Shown here: positions 1 through 9,091 of the stretch, in pieces
Position numbering within the stretch: position 1 is the stretch's first letter
How the letters are laid out: the number at the start of each line of letters is the position of its first letter
DNA from: Synechococcus sp.
Lineage (GTDB): Bacteria > Cyanobacteriota > Cyanobacteriia > Thermostichales > PCC-7336
Length of the DNA stretch: 31,178 nucleotides
NCBI GenBank assembly: GCA_051439425.1
Contig: JBFRWD010000093.1
Coordinates: 1-31,178 of the forward strand
Direction: 5' to 3'
Translations under genes and position numbers: made by a program
Notes under the pieces: model-generated
Database searches by the model: none
The model's input: the letters and a program-made list of their open reading frames with translations, nothing else
Told to the model about the DNA's origin: nothing

Positions 1-84
1 ATGGCTTCTACCCTGTGGCAGCTATTGCGGTTGTACGCCATCGCTCCAATTGATTGCGAAGCGCTGCGCGGCACCGTTGCTTAG
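1..84 (+). CDS. acsF: 3' end (partial) of probable Mg-protoporphyrin IX monomethyl ester oxidative cyclase, possibly the low-O2 AcsF-II/ChlA-II paralog
   Basis: Frame +1 reads MASTLWQLLRLYAIAPIDCEALRGTVA* (TAG 82-84), resembling the AcsF C-terminus W-x-LLRLY-x-I-x-PID-x-EALRGTV as I recall it. Only 27 codons visible. Confidence 0.65.
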   Translation: MASTLWQLLRLYAIAPIDCEALRGTVA

Positions 85-101
85 TCAACGCTGGCCAAGG
101 G

Positions 102-827
102 TCACTGCGGTACCGAACCGCCGGGCATCCGAGCCCCAGTCAGATCGGCATCCGTGAAATTCGTTCCCGTGAGGTCGGCCCCTTCAAGGTTGGCCTCTTT
201 CAACGTTGCTCCTTTCAAATTTGCATAACTGAGATCGGCCCCCTGCAAATTAGCTTGGGTGAGATCTGCAGCGGCGAATCCCGATTGCAGCGTGCCGGAG
301 AAGTTCGCATGGCACAAACGGGCTTCTGACAAATTTGCATTGAACAGCAGGGCACCTCCCATCTGGGTATGACTTAAGTCGGCCCGACTGAAATTTGCAT
401 GGCCCAGATCGGTTCTGCGGTCTGAGGAAGACTGTAGGTCAGCATCGATTAACAATGCCCCTGTAAAATTTGCGCCAGTTCCATTAATTCCGCTCAAAAT
501 GGCCTTGAGTAAATAGGCTTCAGTCAAATTACAGCCCATTAACTTGGCACCACTCAGATCGGATTCCCGCAATCGAGCTTCCGACAAATTGGCCTGCCTG
601 AGATCGGTTCCCCACAACAGCGCCTCGCTCAAATCGGCCTGGTGCAAGTTTGCTTGGCTAAAATCACTTTGACCCAACCGAGCTTGTCGAAAATCCGCCT
701 GCTGAAAGTTCGCTCCGGCCAGGTTGACATGCAAAATCTCCGATTCCTGCAAGACTGCCCGGATAAAATCGCGATCGCCTTCCTCATACCGGCGCAAGAT
801 TTCTTCTACATTCATTCCCATCCCCAA
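102..827 (-). CDS. Pentapeptide repeat protein
   Basis: Long A(D/N)LxxA pentapeptide runs (ANLHQADLSEA, ANLQGADLSYANL) and the typical cyanobacterial N-terminus EEILRRYEEGDRDF. Confidence 0.92.
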   Translation of the reverse strand: MGMGMNVEEILRRYEEGDRDFIRAVLQESEILHVNLAGANFQQADFRQARLGQSDFSQANLHQADLSEALLWGTDLRQANLSEARLRESDLSGAKLMGCNLTEAYLLKAILSGINGTGANFTGALLIDADLQSSSDRRTDLGHANFSRADLSHTQMGGALLFNANLSEARLCHANFSGTLQSGFAAADLTQANLQGADLSYANLKGATLKEANLEGADLTGTNFTDADLTGARMPGGSVPQ

Positions 828-1008
828 AGTTCCCTACCAAACTCTATCGAATGCTCTTGACTAGTGCCTCAGTTCTGCGAAAGCACTAGAACTGCGCTAC
901 ACCGGACTGGAGCCAGCAGGTAAGGACCTCAACGTAAGAGACAGATTCACAATATATGGGGGAGATGATTCCGACAACTATATAGCCATATTTCAATACA
1001 AGAAGGCT

Positions 1009-1356
1009 TACAATATTGTGGCGGCCCACGGGTATTTTGGGCGCTTGATTTTCCAATACGCCAGTTTCAACAACAGTCGCTCTCTGCACTTTTTCCTTGC
1101 CGCATGGCCGGTTGTCGGAATCTGGTTTGCAGCCGTGGGTCTGAGTACGATGGCATTCAACTTGAATGGGTTTAATTTCAATCAATCCATTGTGGATGCG
1201 GGTGGGCGCAGTGTAGCGACCTGGGCCGATGTGCTTAACCGAGCCAATTTGGGCATCGAAGTCATGCACGAACGCAACTCTCACAATTTTCCGCTCGATT
1301 TAGCCGCTGGTGAATACCTGCCAATTGCGCTCTGTGCCCCCACCATCTCCGGCTGA
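1009..1356 (+). pseudogene. psbA: 5'-truncated psbA (C-terminal third of photosystem II D1, D1'-like)
   Basis: [39 protein letters not shown]...[16 protein letters not shown] is unmistakable D1 from about residue 246 to the end. In-frame upstream codons (865-1008) do not resemble D1 and contain no ATG/GTG/TTG start. Confidence 0.92.
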
Positions 1357-1379
1357 ATTCTGTAGATGTCCCTCAAGGT

Positions 1380-1403
1380 AGCGCTCTGCGGAGCGCTTTT
1401 TTT
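1380..1403 (+). terminator. Rho-independent terminator of psbA
   Basis: AGCGCTC-TGCG-GAGCGCT hairpin followed by a T run, about 24 nt after the psbA stop. Confidence 0.85.
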
Positions 1404-1483
1404 GGCTTGAAGCAATCTTTATTCACAGCCTGTCCAATCCAGAGTTTTAAGCTTTAGCGGACGCTTTACCCCTCTCGAAGAGC

Positions 1484-1882
1484 CTATTGTGATTTCCTAC
1501 GAGAAGTTTTTGGGGAAGGAGCAAATGCTTTGAACTGTTTGAACGATTCAGCCTGTTTAATCAACCGCTCGCTAATGCGATCGCAAACCAGCTCGCACAA
1601 CTCGAAGATGGTCGGGTCGGCAATGGAATAGTAGGCGCTTACACCCTTTGGCTCTCTCTCAAGGATTCCTGCTTCGGTTAATAACTTGAGGTGCTTGGAG
1701 ATATTTGCTTGCCCAAGACCGGTTGCTTCCACAAGTTCGTTTACACTCATAGGCCCACCTCTCAAGCAATTTAAAACCTGAAGTCGACTGACTTCAGAAA
1801 GCAGCTTGAAGTAATTGGCAACTTGTGAAAGTACATCTGAATCAACAACAGTCATCTGAGAAGCAACCATACAAGCATCCAT
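1484..1882 (-). CDS. ArsR/SmtB-family transcriptional regulator (start may be 1855)
   Basis: FKLLSEVSRLQVL...MSVNELVEATGLGQANISKHLKLL..AGIL..E..G....YSI winged HTH; C-terminal ELCELVC. Confidence 0.88.
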   Translation of the reverse strand: MDACMVASQMTVVDSDVLSQVANYFKLLSEVSRLQVLNCLRGGPMSVNELVEATGLGQANISKHLKLLTEAGILEREPKGVSAYYSIADPTIFELCELVCDRISERLIKQAESFKQFKAFAPSPKTSRRKSQ

Positions 1883-2100
1883 TTGATAACTATATAGTAT
1901 CTCTACCAACAAGTGGAAATTCTCTGGGCTCAAATGGCAGTTCGTGTAGAGGCTAAGTCGCATTCACTCCATCTGCAAGCATGGTTCAAATCCGGCGCAT
2001 TTTGGGTAACTCTCGCAGCAAAAAACAGATCGACTATTAAGGTTAGCGATTTGGATGAAGAGTAGAGAGATGTGGCCAAATTCATTTTGATGAGTGGGAA

Positions 2101-2553
2101 ATGCAATCCCCCCACTTGGATTTAAAGACGGAAAGCATTCTCATGAAAGATCCCGAAGCAACAGCGCGTGTTTTGCAGACGCTTGCTAGGTAGGGGGTTG
2201 AGGTCTGGTTGGATGATTTTGGGACGGGGCACTCTTCTCTCAGCTATTTACACCGTTTGCCGATCGCGGGTTTAAAGATCGATCGCTCGTTTGTTCAGGA
2301 AGCACAACATAACTCCCAAAGTATGGAAATTATCACCACGATTATTTCTTTGGCTAAGCGGCTTAGTTTGGGGCTGATTTCAGAAGAGGTTGAAACAGAA
2401 TCACAACGCCAAACGAGCGAGGAATTAGGCTGTGAACTTGGGCAAGGGTATCTATGGTGGAAACCGCTGACGAAAAAGGTTGCAGCCCAAACCTTAGCGA
2501 AACAATCGCAAGAGCATGAAAGCAAGCCCTCAGCGCTATTTCACAAGCATTAG
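2101..2553 (+). pseudogene. EAL (c-di-GMP phosphodiesterase) domain C-terminal remnant
   Basis: TESILMKDP...[37 protein letters not shown]...ISEEVET...GCELGQGY. In-frame TAG at 2191-2193; N-terminal half of the domain absent. Confidence 0.88.
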
Positions 2554-2598
2554 TCGAATTCCATATCTTTCTGCAATCAGCTATGGAAAATCCTCTTG

Positions 2599-2778
2599 CT
2601 ATTTCTTTTGATAAATCAGCAGAAGGGCAATTCCCCACGGGAGTTCACCAATGGTGATGGCACTGAGGTAAAGTTTGGCGGATTGAGCGATCGCCTGCTC
2701 AAAAAATTGCTGCACGCCTGGGTTGGCTTTATTCTGTTTGCGCAGCTCGCTGATGATGTTGGTATCAAGCAAATACGT
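2599..2778 (-). pseudogene. vapC: Truncated PIN-domain (VapC/FitB-like) toxin
   Basis: (T)YLLDTNIISELRK...LYLSAITIGEL..GI PIN N-terminus. Stops after about 59 codons; the expected start codon reads ACG (2778-2776). Confidence 0.85.
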
Positions 2779-2998
2779 CGGGGTCAGGGTCATCTTGAAC
2801 GTGCTCAAAGTCGGTGTCGTTGCCAACGTTGGGAATAAGGCGAAGCGCTTCGGCAAATGATTTTTGGGGTGGGTGCAACAAAACCTGTTCGAGGATTTTG
2901 CGATGTTCGGCTTCGGCGCTAACCCCGTGGCGGCTAGCCCGTAATTTCAGGGCTTTTACGATCGCCTCATCAATGTTGCGAACAATTAGGTCAGTCAA
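2765..2998 (-). CDS. FitA-like ribbon-helix-helix antitoxin
   Basis: MTDLIVRNIDEAIVKALKLRASRHGVSAEAEHRKIL matches the FitA/plasmid-stability RHH pattern; overlaps the downstream PIN gene. Confidence 0.85.
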   Translation of the reverse strand: MTDLIVRNIDEAIVKALKLRASRHGVSAEAEHRKILEQVLLHPPQKSFAEALRLIPNVGNDTDFEHVQDDPDPDVFA

Positions 2999-3227
2999 AC
3001 AATTGATCTCAAGAAATCTTCAAGTAAGCGATATTAATATCGCCACAGATTGAATTTTATAGCGGCATCGTTAATATCCACTCAGTTGCTTAATGCCAAT
3101 CGGGCATACAAGAAAAATAATGAGAAAGCTAAGTTCTTGCAGGCTACTATTCGTTGCGAATGTAACTGCTATATTTCTCTTTGAGAAAAACACTTTTTCT
3201 TGTCCTCTGAACCAACTATCTAAATGT

Positions 3228-3785
3228 TCAAGTTCTTTCGGTAGCGTTGACATTGCCAGCAAACATTTGCTTATTTCTTTTTTCAACGAATGCTGCGATC
3301 TCTTCTATAGTGGCATCCCTGTCTGGCATTTCGTCTTTCCAGGAAACAGGGAATGGGGTGTATATCACAATCTGATGCCGAGGTATCAGCATCCTGTGTA
3401 ACTGTCCTGCAAGGTCTGGCAATGGGAGATTATCAGGGATTCTTTCATCTTTGACAATCCTATTGATGAGTTCTCCCATCACAGAGATTGCGCTTAACTC
3501 AACAAGTAAAACCTGATAACAGGTTGCCGTCTCAATTTGGCTTAAACCAATAACTCCCTCAACGGCATTTTTTTCTGCCAGCAATGTATCGTTGTGAACA
3601 TGAAAAACTTCTGCATTGTACAGGCGCTCTATGGCAGGGATATTGCTCACAGCTACTGTCTCAGAATTATTAGGCGGAAAAAACGAAATGCCACCATACC
3701 CCATATTTTCAGCAGATTTTGCTGATTTGTACCTACGATCAATTTCTTTAACAACATTGAGCATTTGCTCGTGGCCATATTTCAT
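3228..3785 (-). CDS. Hypothetical protein (ORF open to 3977; start uncertain)
   Basis: 249-codon open frame in AT-rich DNA; no motif recognised. Confidence 0.5.
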   Translation of the reverse strand: MKYGHEQMLNVVKEIDRRYKSAKSAENMGYGGISFFPPNNSETVAVSNIPAIERLYNAEVFHVHNDTLLAEKNAVEGVIGLSQIETATCYQVLLVELSAISVMGELINRIVKDERIPDNLPLPDLAGQLHRMLIPRHQIVIYTPFPVSWKDEMPDRDATIEEIAAFVEKRNKQMFAGNVNATERT

Positions 3786-4480
3786 AGCATATCGGCAAAG
3801 ATTATTTTTGTTCCTTCCAAAATTACAGGAATCTTGATTGCTAAATTTGCGGCAAAGGGTTGCCAAAGAAACAAGAATGCGTCTATTGGGTAGATTTCCC
3901 CACGAATCTATCCTCCCTCCAGTCTCTGCTGACATATAGATCAATACACAGATATCTCGCAATGTCCCATCAAACAAATAATCATGTGTCTCAGATTCAA
4001 TTTACCGCCAAGCCGAGAGGTAATGTTTGTAAGCGTTTTGCGTCATCTGCAAATCCAATAGTTTACCAAGCTAAATTCTTAGCACTCTAATCAACAGCGT
4101 TTTGCTACTTTTCTTGGATGGCTCACAATTCTTTACCGATCAACACCAATTCAAGAGAGTCGCCTGAGTGAAATAATTCATTCACAGAACAATGAAAATA
4201 TTAAGGTTGAGGCTTCTTAATCCCTTTCTCCAAATTGGAAGGTGAGCCGTAAATTAGGACGGTAAAACTAAGTTCAATAGCCAGCCAACATCCTAGGCTA
4301 GACATATTGAGATTTCTTAAATCTTAAGATTTAATTCGGGTAAAGTAGATGAGGAGATTCGTCTTGGTCAACATGGTTTTCTAGGTAGATTGCAAGAGAT
4401 ATTAGGCTCTTGTAGCTCCCACAAACTGAATCATCTTGCCTGGAGTGATCTCCCTAACATCCAACTCGATACAATGCAGA

Positions 4481-6157
4481 CTACATCGTACCAACAAGAG
4501 TTTGATACGTATCCACCAGCCGATTTCGAATGACATCAACCTTGGGAATTAGCCGCTTTTGACGAGCCAAAGCCAGGTTGGCATACATGGGCATAACAGC
4601 TCCAAACGCCATATTGCGGGGCTCGCAAACATTCACATCCCAATGGGGCAAACCACTCGGCGCAACCACAAACGACCCTCCCGGATAGGGACAATCGGTA
4701 CGATTGGCACAGGCCACAAAGACTCGATTATCTTCAGCCTTGGATACAGTCAGCAGTTCCCGCTCAAGGCGATCGCGCCAAGCACAGCACCACACAATAA
4801 TTTCCGCCCCCTTCAGCGCCAGCACCCTAGCCGCCTCGGGAAACATCCCGTCGTATCCCAATAAAACTCCCACTCGACCAAAGCTCGTCTCAAATACCTT
4901 CAACTCATCCCCAGCCTCAGCCCAGTTGTTCGCTTCCGGATTGAGATGCACCTGTTCGTACTGTCCCAACCTTTCCCCATCAGGACCGATCAATACAGCC
5001 GTAGACATCAATTTCCCATCTACCCGTTGCACCAGCGGCAGAACGATCGCGCAACCATACTGACTCGCAATCTTCGACATCGGTTTGATGTACTGCTCCG
5101 CCTTTTCCGCCTGACTTGCCGCTAGTTGTTCGTCGGGCAACCAAGTTGAAAACGTGCAATGTTCGGGCAATGCAATCAGCTTAATTCCCAGCTTTGCCGC
5201 GTGACTCACCATCGCCAGCGTTTCATTCCAACTTTCGGGTTCTGAAGTGGAGTGAGACTGTACGGGAGCAACTTTAGTGGTAGCTTGCTCCGGCACGATC
5301 GCCTCTTTCAATAACTCGGCCACCGGAGTATCCGCAAACGGCTTGGTGAGAATTTGGTATGTATCGGGACGGCGATCCTTAAACTTATGACCGCTGGTAC
5401 ACCACCGCTTTTTCCCTGTCATCTCCAAATCGATATCGGCAGTCGCCACCCCATGAGTGTCATCCGGAATGCGCTGAATCACCCGACCGTTCGGATCGAC
5501 AATCGTGCTGCCCCCTGGATAGTAAATGCTGCGCTCGATACCCGATTTCGTCGCCGCAATCAGCCACACCCCATTCTCGTAGGCCCTAGCCGGCCCCCAC
5601 AGATCCGCCTGGTCGAGAGCGAAAAAATTCGCCATATCCACCAGCGCATCCGCCCCTTGTAAGGCCAGACAGCGAGCAATCTCCGGAATGCGACCATCAA
5701 AGCAAATCAACAGCCCCAATCGCCCTAGGGCCGTATCGGCAACCGGACAGCCCTTCGTTCCACATTCAAACCAGTTTTGGTCGTGGGTGGCCAGAAATTG
5801 CTTTTGATAGTGGATGGCAATATTGCCACCGTCATCCAACAACACGCCGCTGTTATAAATCTTGCCACTGGCAGCATCCAGCTCCGTCACCCCACTGGCC
5901 ATATGAATACCGTACTGACGACAGAGATCCGCCATCGCCGAGATAAACGGCCCATCCAACGGCTCCGCCAGCTCGCGACAATGCTCCGCCGAGTCGAACA
6001 AATATCCGGTATTCATGCATTCCGGAAACACCACCAATTCCGCCCCCTGCCGCACCGCTTCGTGTGTGTAATGGCGCAACAGCTCGATATTGCGATCGAT
6101 GTCTCCCAATGCTGCCAACGTCTGCACAACAGCCGCACGAAATTTGGAATTTGGCAT
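4481..6157 (-). CDS. Tandem (two-domain) carbon-nitrogen hydrolase / nitrilase-superfamily amidase
   Basis: Domain 1: VFPE, YQK, ICFDG (E-K-C triad). Domain 2: LPEH, YEQVH, LGYDG (same fold, K and C lost). Confidence 0.92.
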   Translation of the reverse strand: MPNSKFRAAVVQTLAALGDIDRNIELLRHYTHEAVRQGAELVVFPECMNTGYLFDSAEHCRELAEPLDGPFISAMADLCRQYGIHMASGVTELDAASGKIYNSGVLLDDGGNIAIHYQKQFLATHDQNWFECGTKGCPVADTALGRLGLLICFDGRIPEIARCLALQGADALVDMANFFALDQADLWGPARAYENGVWLIAATKSGIERSIYYPGGSTIVDPNGRVIQRIPDDTHGVATADIDLEMTGKKRWCTSGHKFKDRRPDTYQILTKPFADTPVAELLKEAIVPEQATTKVAPVQSHSTSEPESWNETLAMVSHAAKLGIKLIALPEHCTFSTWLPDEQLAASQAEKAEQYIKPMSKIASQYGCAIVLPLVQRVDGKLMSTAVLIGPDGERLGQYEQVHLNPEANNWAEAGDELKVFETSFGRVGVLLGYDGMFPEAARVLALKGAEIIVWCCAWRDRLERELLTVSKAEDNRVFVACANRTDCPYPGGSFVVAPSGLPHWDVNVCEPRNMAFGAVMPMYANLALARQKRLIPKVDVIRNRLVDTYQTLVGTM

Positions 6158-6286
6158 GGAAGGAGTCTCCGATCGGTCAACGGAAGCGGGAAATGATTGC
6201 CGGGATAGAGAGGAGAGAAATAACTACTGATTGGGTCAGGAAAACTCTCCTCCCTTCGCCTAAGAAGCTTGAACTGCTTTCAGGAA

Positions 6287-7366
6287 TTACAGACCAATGG
6301 TGGAGCCATCCAGCAGAATCTCGCTGATATCCCGTTGTTCTTGCAAGACTCCCTCGTTGAAGAAGACATCCACGAACTTTTGATAGGAATCGAGATCGCG
6401 ATCGTCCAGATCGGCAAAACCGCGCAAGCGAGGCTGGGCAACGTAACTAGCCTGCTCCTCCTCCAGTGCCGTGTACTGAGCCAGCACCGGTCGGTACTTA
6501 TCAAAATCAGAGTTCGCCAATTTCGTGGCTTCGTCAATCACTTCCACCACCCGCTTAGCCACTTCCGGACGCTCTTCAATAAACTTGCTAGACAACACCG
6601 ACGCCCCCGAATAGAACGGGTCGGAAATAAACATCGAGCAAGGGTTAATCATGGCGCGGGTGGCCTGACCGGTAGCATCGGCGATCGAGCCCACAGGCTC
6701 TAACGACAGGGTGGCGTCCACGCTGCCTGCAATCACAGACGGTAGTTGCAAGCCCACCGCCAGTTCCGTCACGCGCACATCGGAGTCTGGGTCCAAACCG
6801 TTTTGACGCACGAGGTGACGGGTAATGGTGCGCCATTGAATCCCCGGAACCGTGCCGATGGTTTTACCTTGCAGATCCTCAAAGGACGTAACGGGCGAGT
6901 CATTGGGAACCAGCAATACATCGTTGGTGCGATCGGCTTCAATGCCTCCCCCCTGAAGACCAAACACCTTGAGAGAGCCGCGATCGCGGGTTTCAGCCAA
7001 AACGGCGATGCCAGCCGCAGCCCCTGGAGGGCCAAAGTCTGCCCGGCCGGAAATCAACGAGTCAATAATTTGGTTGGGGTTTTCAAACTTAACCGACTCG
7101 ATCTCGATGCCAGCCTCTTCAAACAGCCCTTCTTCTAAAGCAACGTAATAGGCCGTGGTTTGCATAATCGGCAACCAAGAGGCCACCACTTTGTCCATCT
7201 TGTCATCTTGCAAGAGGCGACGACGTTTGCGATTGGGCAGCCATAGCGGGTTTGCTGCTGCTTTTGACCAGCCAGCATAGGCCCCAGCTAAACCGGCAGT
7301 ACCGGCGGCCCCCATTTGAATGAATCGACGGCGACTGAAAGAGGAAGACGAGCGATCGTTAGACAT
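6287..7366 (-). CDS. NitT/TauT-family ABC substrate-binding protein with Tat signal
   Basis: SRRRFIQ twin-arginine motif; YVALEEGLFEEAGIEIE, DLQGKTIG, GSVDA..EP typical of SsuA/ThiY/TauA-like binding proteins. Confidence 0.9.
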   Translation of the reverse strand: MSNDRSSSSFSRRRFIQMGAAGTAGLAGAYAGWSKAAANPLWLPNRKRRRLLQDDKMDKVVASWLPIMQTTAYYVALEEGLFEEAGIEIESVKFENPNQIIDSLISGRADFGPPGAAAGIAVLAETRDRGSLKVFGLQGGGIEADRTNDVLLVPNDSPVTSFEDLQGKTIGTVPGIQWRTITRHLVRQNGLDPDSDVRVTELAVGLQLPSVIAGSVDATLSLEPVGSIADATGQATRAMINPCSMFISDPFYSGASVLSSKFIEERPEVAKRVVEVIDEATKLANSDFDKYRPVLAQYTALEEEQASYVAQPRLRGFADLDDRDLDSYQKFVDVFFNEGVLQEQRDISEILLDGSTIGL

Positions 7367-7403
7367 GATTAGATTCCCGAGAAGTCAATGGTTTGCTAGA
7401 TAG

Positions 7404-7453
7404 CGGTGAGTGAAAACTTACGGTGAGTGAAAACTTGCGGTTAGTAAAACTGG
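7404..7453. repeat. 17-bp tandem repeat (2 near-perfect copies plus 1 degenerate)
   Basis: CGGTGAGTGAAAACTTA / CGGTGAGTGAAAACTTG / CGGTTAGTAAAACTGG between permease and binding-protein genes. Confidence 0.85.
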
Positions 7454-7460
7454 AAGTGAA

Positions 7461-8237
7461 TTACATCCAGTGGACAAATCGTTTTTCTAGAGACAAAAAG
7501 ATCAAATTGAGGCCGTAGCCCATCAGCCCGGTGGCAATAATTGAGGCGTACATTTGTTCCATGTCGTAAATGATTTGGGCGTCGATGATGCGGTGCCCCA
7601 TGCCGTTGGTCGACCCCACAAACATCTCGGCCACAATAATCACCACCAGCGTCAGAGACACCGCCGTTCGCAAGCCAATAAAGGTTTGCGGCAGCGTTTC
7701 AAAAAACATCACGTCCAAGAAAATGCGCCAGCGGGGAGCCCCCATGATTTTGGCGGCCAGTACGCGAGTCTTTTTGGCATTCATCACCCCGTAGGCAACG
7801 TTGAAAAAGATCACTAAGGAGCCAGCGAACGCAGCAACAGCAATCTTTGAAAAATCATCTATGCCAAATACCACCAAGAACAGCGGAAACATAGCTGTGG
7901 CTGGTGTGGAGCGGAAAAAGTCAATCAGAAACTCAAACGATTGATAGACCTTGCGATTGGCACCGATAATCACCCCCAACGGAATAGCAATGACAGACGC
8001 GATCGCGAATGCATACAGAGTGCGATACAGCGTGAAGCCAAAATCCTGAATTAAATCCCCTCCAAACAGACTGCGAACTAGCGTCGCCAGAGTGGCAAAC
8101 GGGTTGGGGAATAGCGTCGGATTGATCAGCTCGAACTGCGAGGCAATCCACCAGATGGCGAGCACCCCAATCGTTCCGGCATTAAACAGCAATACCGAAA
8201 ATAGCTTTTGTCTGGCTTGACGGGGGCGGATGGCCAT
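7461..8237 (-). CDS. NitT/TauT-family ABC permease
   Basis: Hydrophobic; FFRSTP, AAKIMGA (EAA loop), IVAEM..G...GMG motif. Confidence 0.92.
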   Translation of the reverse strand: MAIRPRQARQKLFSVLLFNAGTIGVLAIWWIASQFELINPTLFPNPFATLATLVRSLFGGDLIQDFGFTLYRTLYAFAIASVIAIPLGVIIGANRKVYQSFEFLIDFFRSTPATAMFPLFLVVFGIDDFSKIAVAAFAGSLVIFFNVAYGVMNAKKTRVLAAKIMGAPRWRIFLDVMFFETLPQTFIGLRTAVSLTLVVIIVAEMFVGSTNGMGHRIIDAQIIYDMEQMYASIIATGLMGYGLNLIFLSLEKRFVHWM

Positions 8238-8258
8238 GGCAGCAAGTCCTTACAGGCG

Positions 8259-9053
8259 TTATCGCCGAACTTCGGCTTGGAATACTTGAAGGCAGTGGGC
8301 TTTGGTGGAAATAAAATCGGCGCTAGCTAGGGTGTCTGGGGTGCGCGGTCTGGGAGAGAAAAAGTCGACTTCTTCAGCAATTTGGGTGGGAGATTTCGTT
8401 AGTAAGAGAATGCGATCGGCCATGAACACCGCTTCCTCCAAATCGTGAGATACCATCACCATCGTGATTCCCGATGATTGGAAGATTTCTTGCAACTTAT
8501 CCCGAATAAATAGCGTGGTTTCAAAGTCCAGCGCAGAGAACGGCTCGTCTAAAAAGAGCACATCCGGCTCGGTAATCAGCGCGCGCAAAATGGAAATCAG
8601 TTGTTGCTGCCCCCCCGATAGTTGGTAAGGATAGCGATTCAGATCGATTTGAATGTTGAAGGACTCGACGAGAGTGCGAACGCGGCGATCGCGCTCGGAT
8701 TTCGAAACCCCCATCACCTTGAGCGGGTATTCGATATTGTCGATCGCCTTCAGCCACGGAAACAACGCATCTCGGTAGTTTTGAAAGACGTAGCCAATCG
8801 TGACGCGATCGAGGGTTTTGCCTTCAAATGAAATCGATCCGGAATCGTAGGGAATCAGCCCGGAGATGGTATTGAGGAGGGTTGATTTGCCGCACCCATT
8901 CGGCCCAAAAATGCAGGTGACTTTTCCTTTGAGGATATCGAGATTGAAGTCGCGGTAGAGATCGCGTCCTGCAAAGGTTTTAGTCAACGAGCGCACCGTA
9001 ATGTGGGCTGCTTGTTGACCAATGGTTGTGGATAGAGGGGCAGGCTGCGGCAT
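8259..9053 (-). CDS. NitT/TauT-family ABC ATP-binding protein (alternative start 9077)
   Basis: GPNGCGKST Walker A, LSGGQQQ signature, LDEPFSALD, VSHDLEEA. Confidence 0.93.
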   Translation of the reverse strand: MPQPAPLSTTIGQQAAHITVRSLTKTFAGRDLYRDFNLDILKGKVTCIFGPNGCGKSTLLNTISGLIPYDSGSISFEGKTLDRVTIGYVFQNYRDALFPWLKAIDNIEYPLKVMGVSKSERDRRVRTLVESFNIQIDLNRYPYQLSGGQQQLISILRALITEPDVLFLDEPFSALDFETTLFIRDKLQEIFQSSGITMVMVSHDLEEAVFMADRILLLTKSPTQIAEEVDFFSPRPRTPDTLASADFISTKAHCLQVFQAEVRR

Positions 9054-9091
9054 GAAATCGTACCCTTGCACTCTCACAGTTTGCGGTTGCG

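Noticed and set aside
886..1284. 132-aa minus-strand ORF
   Set aside because: Antisense shadow of the psbA fragment.
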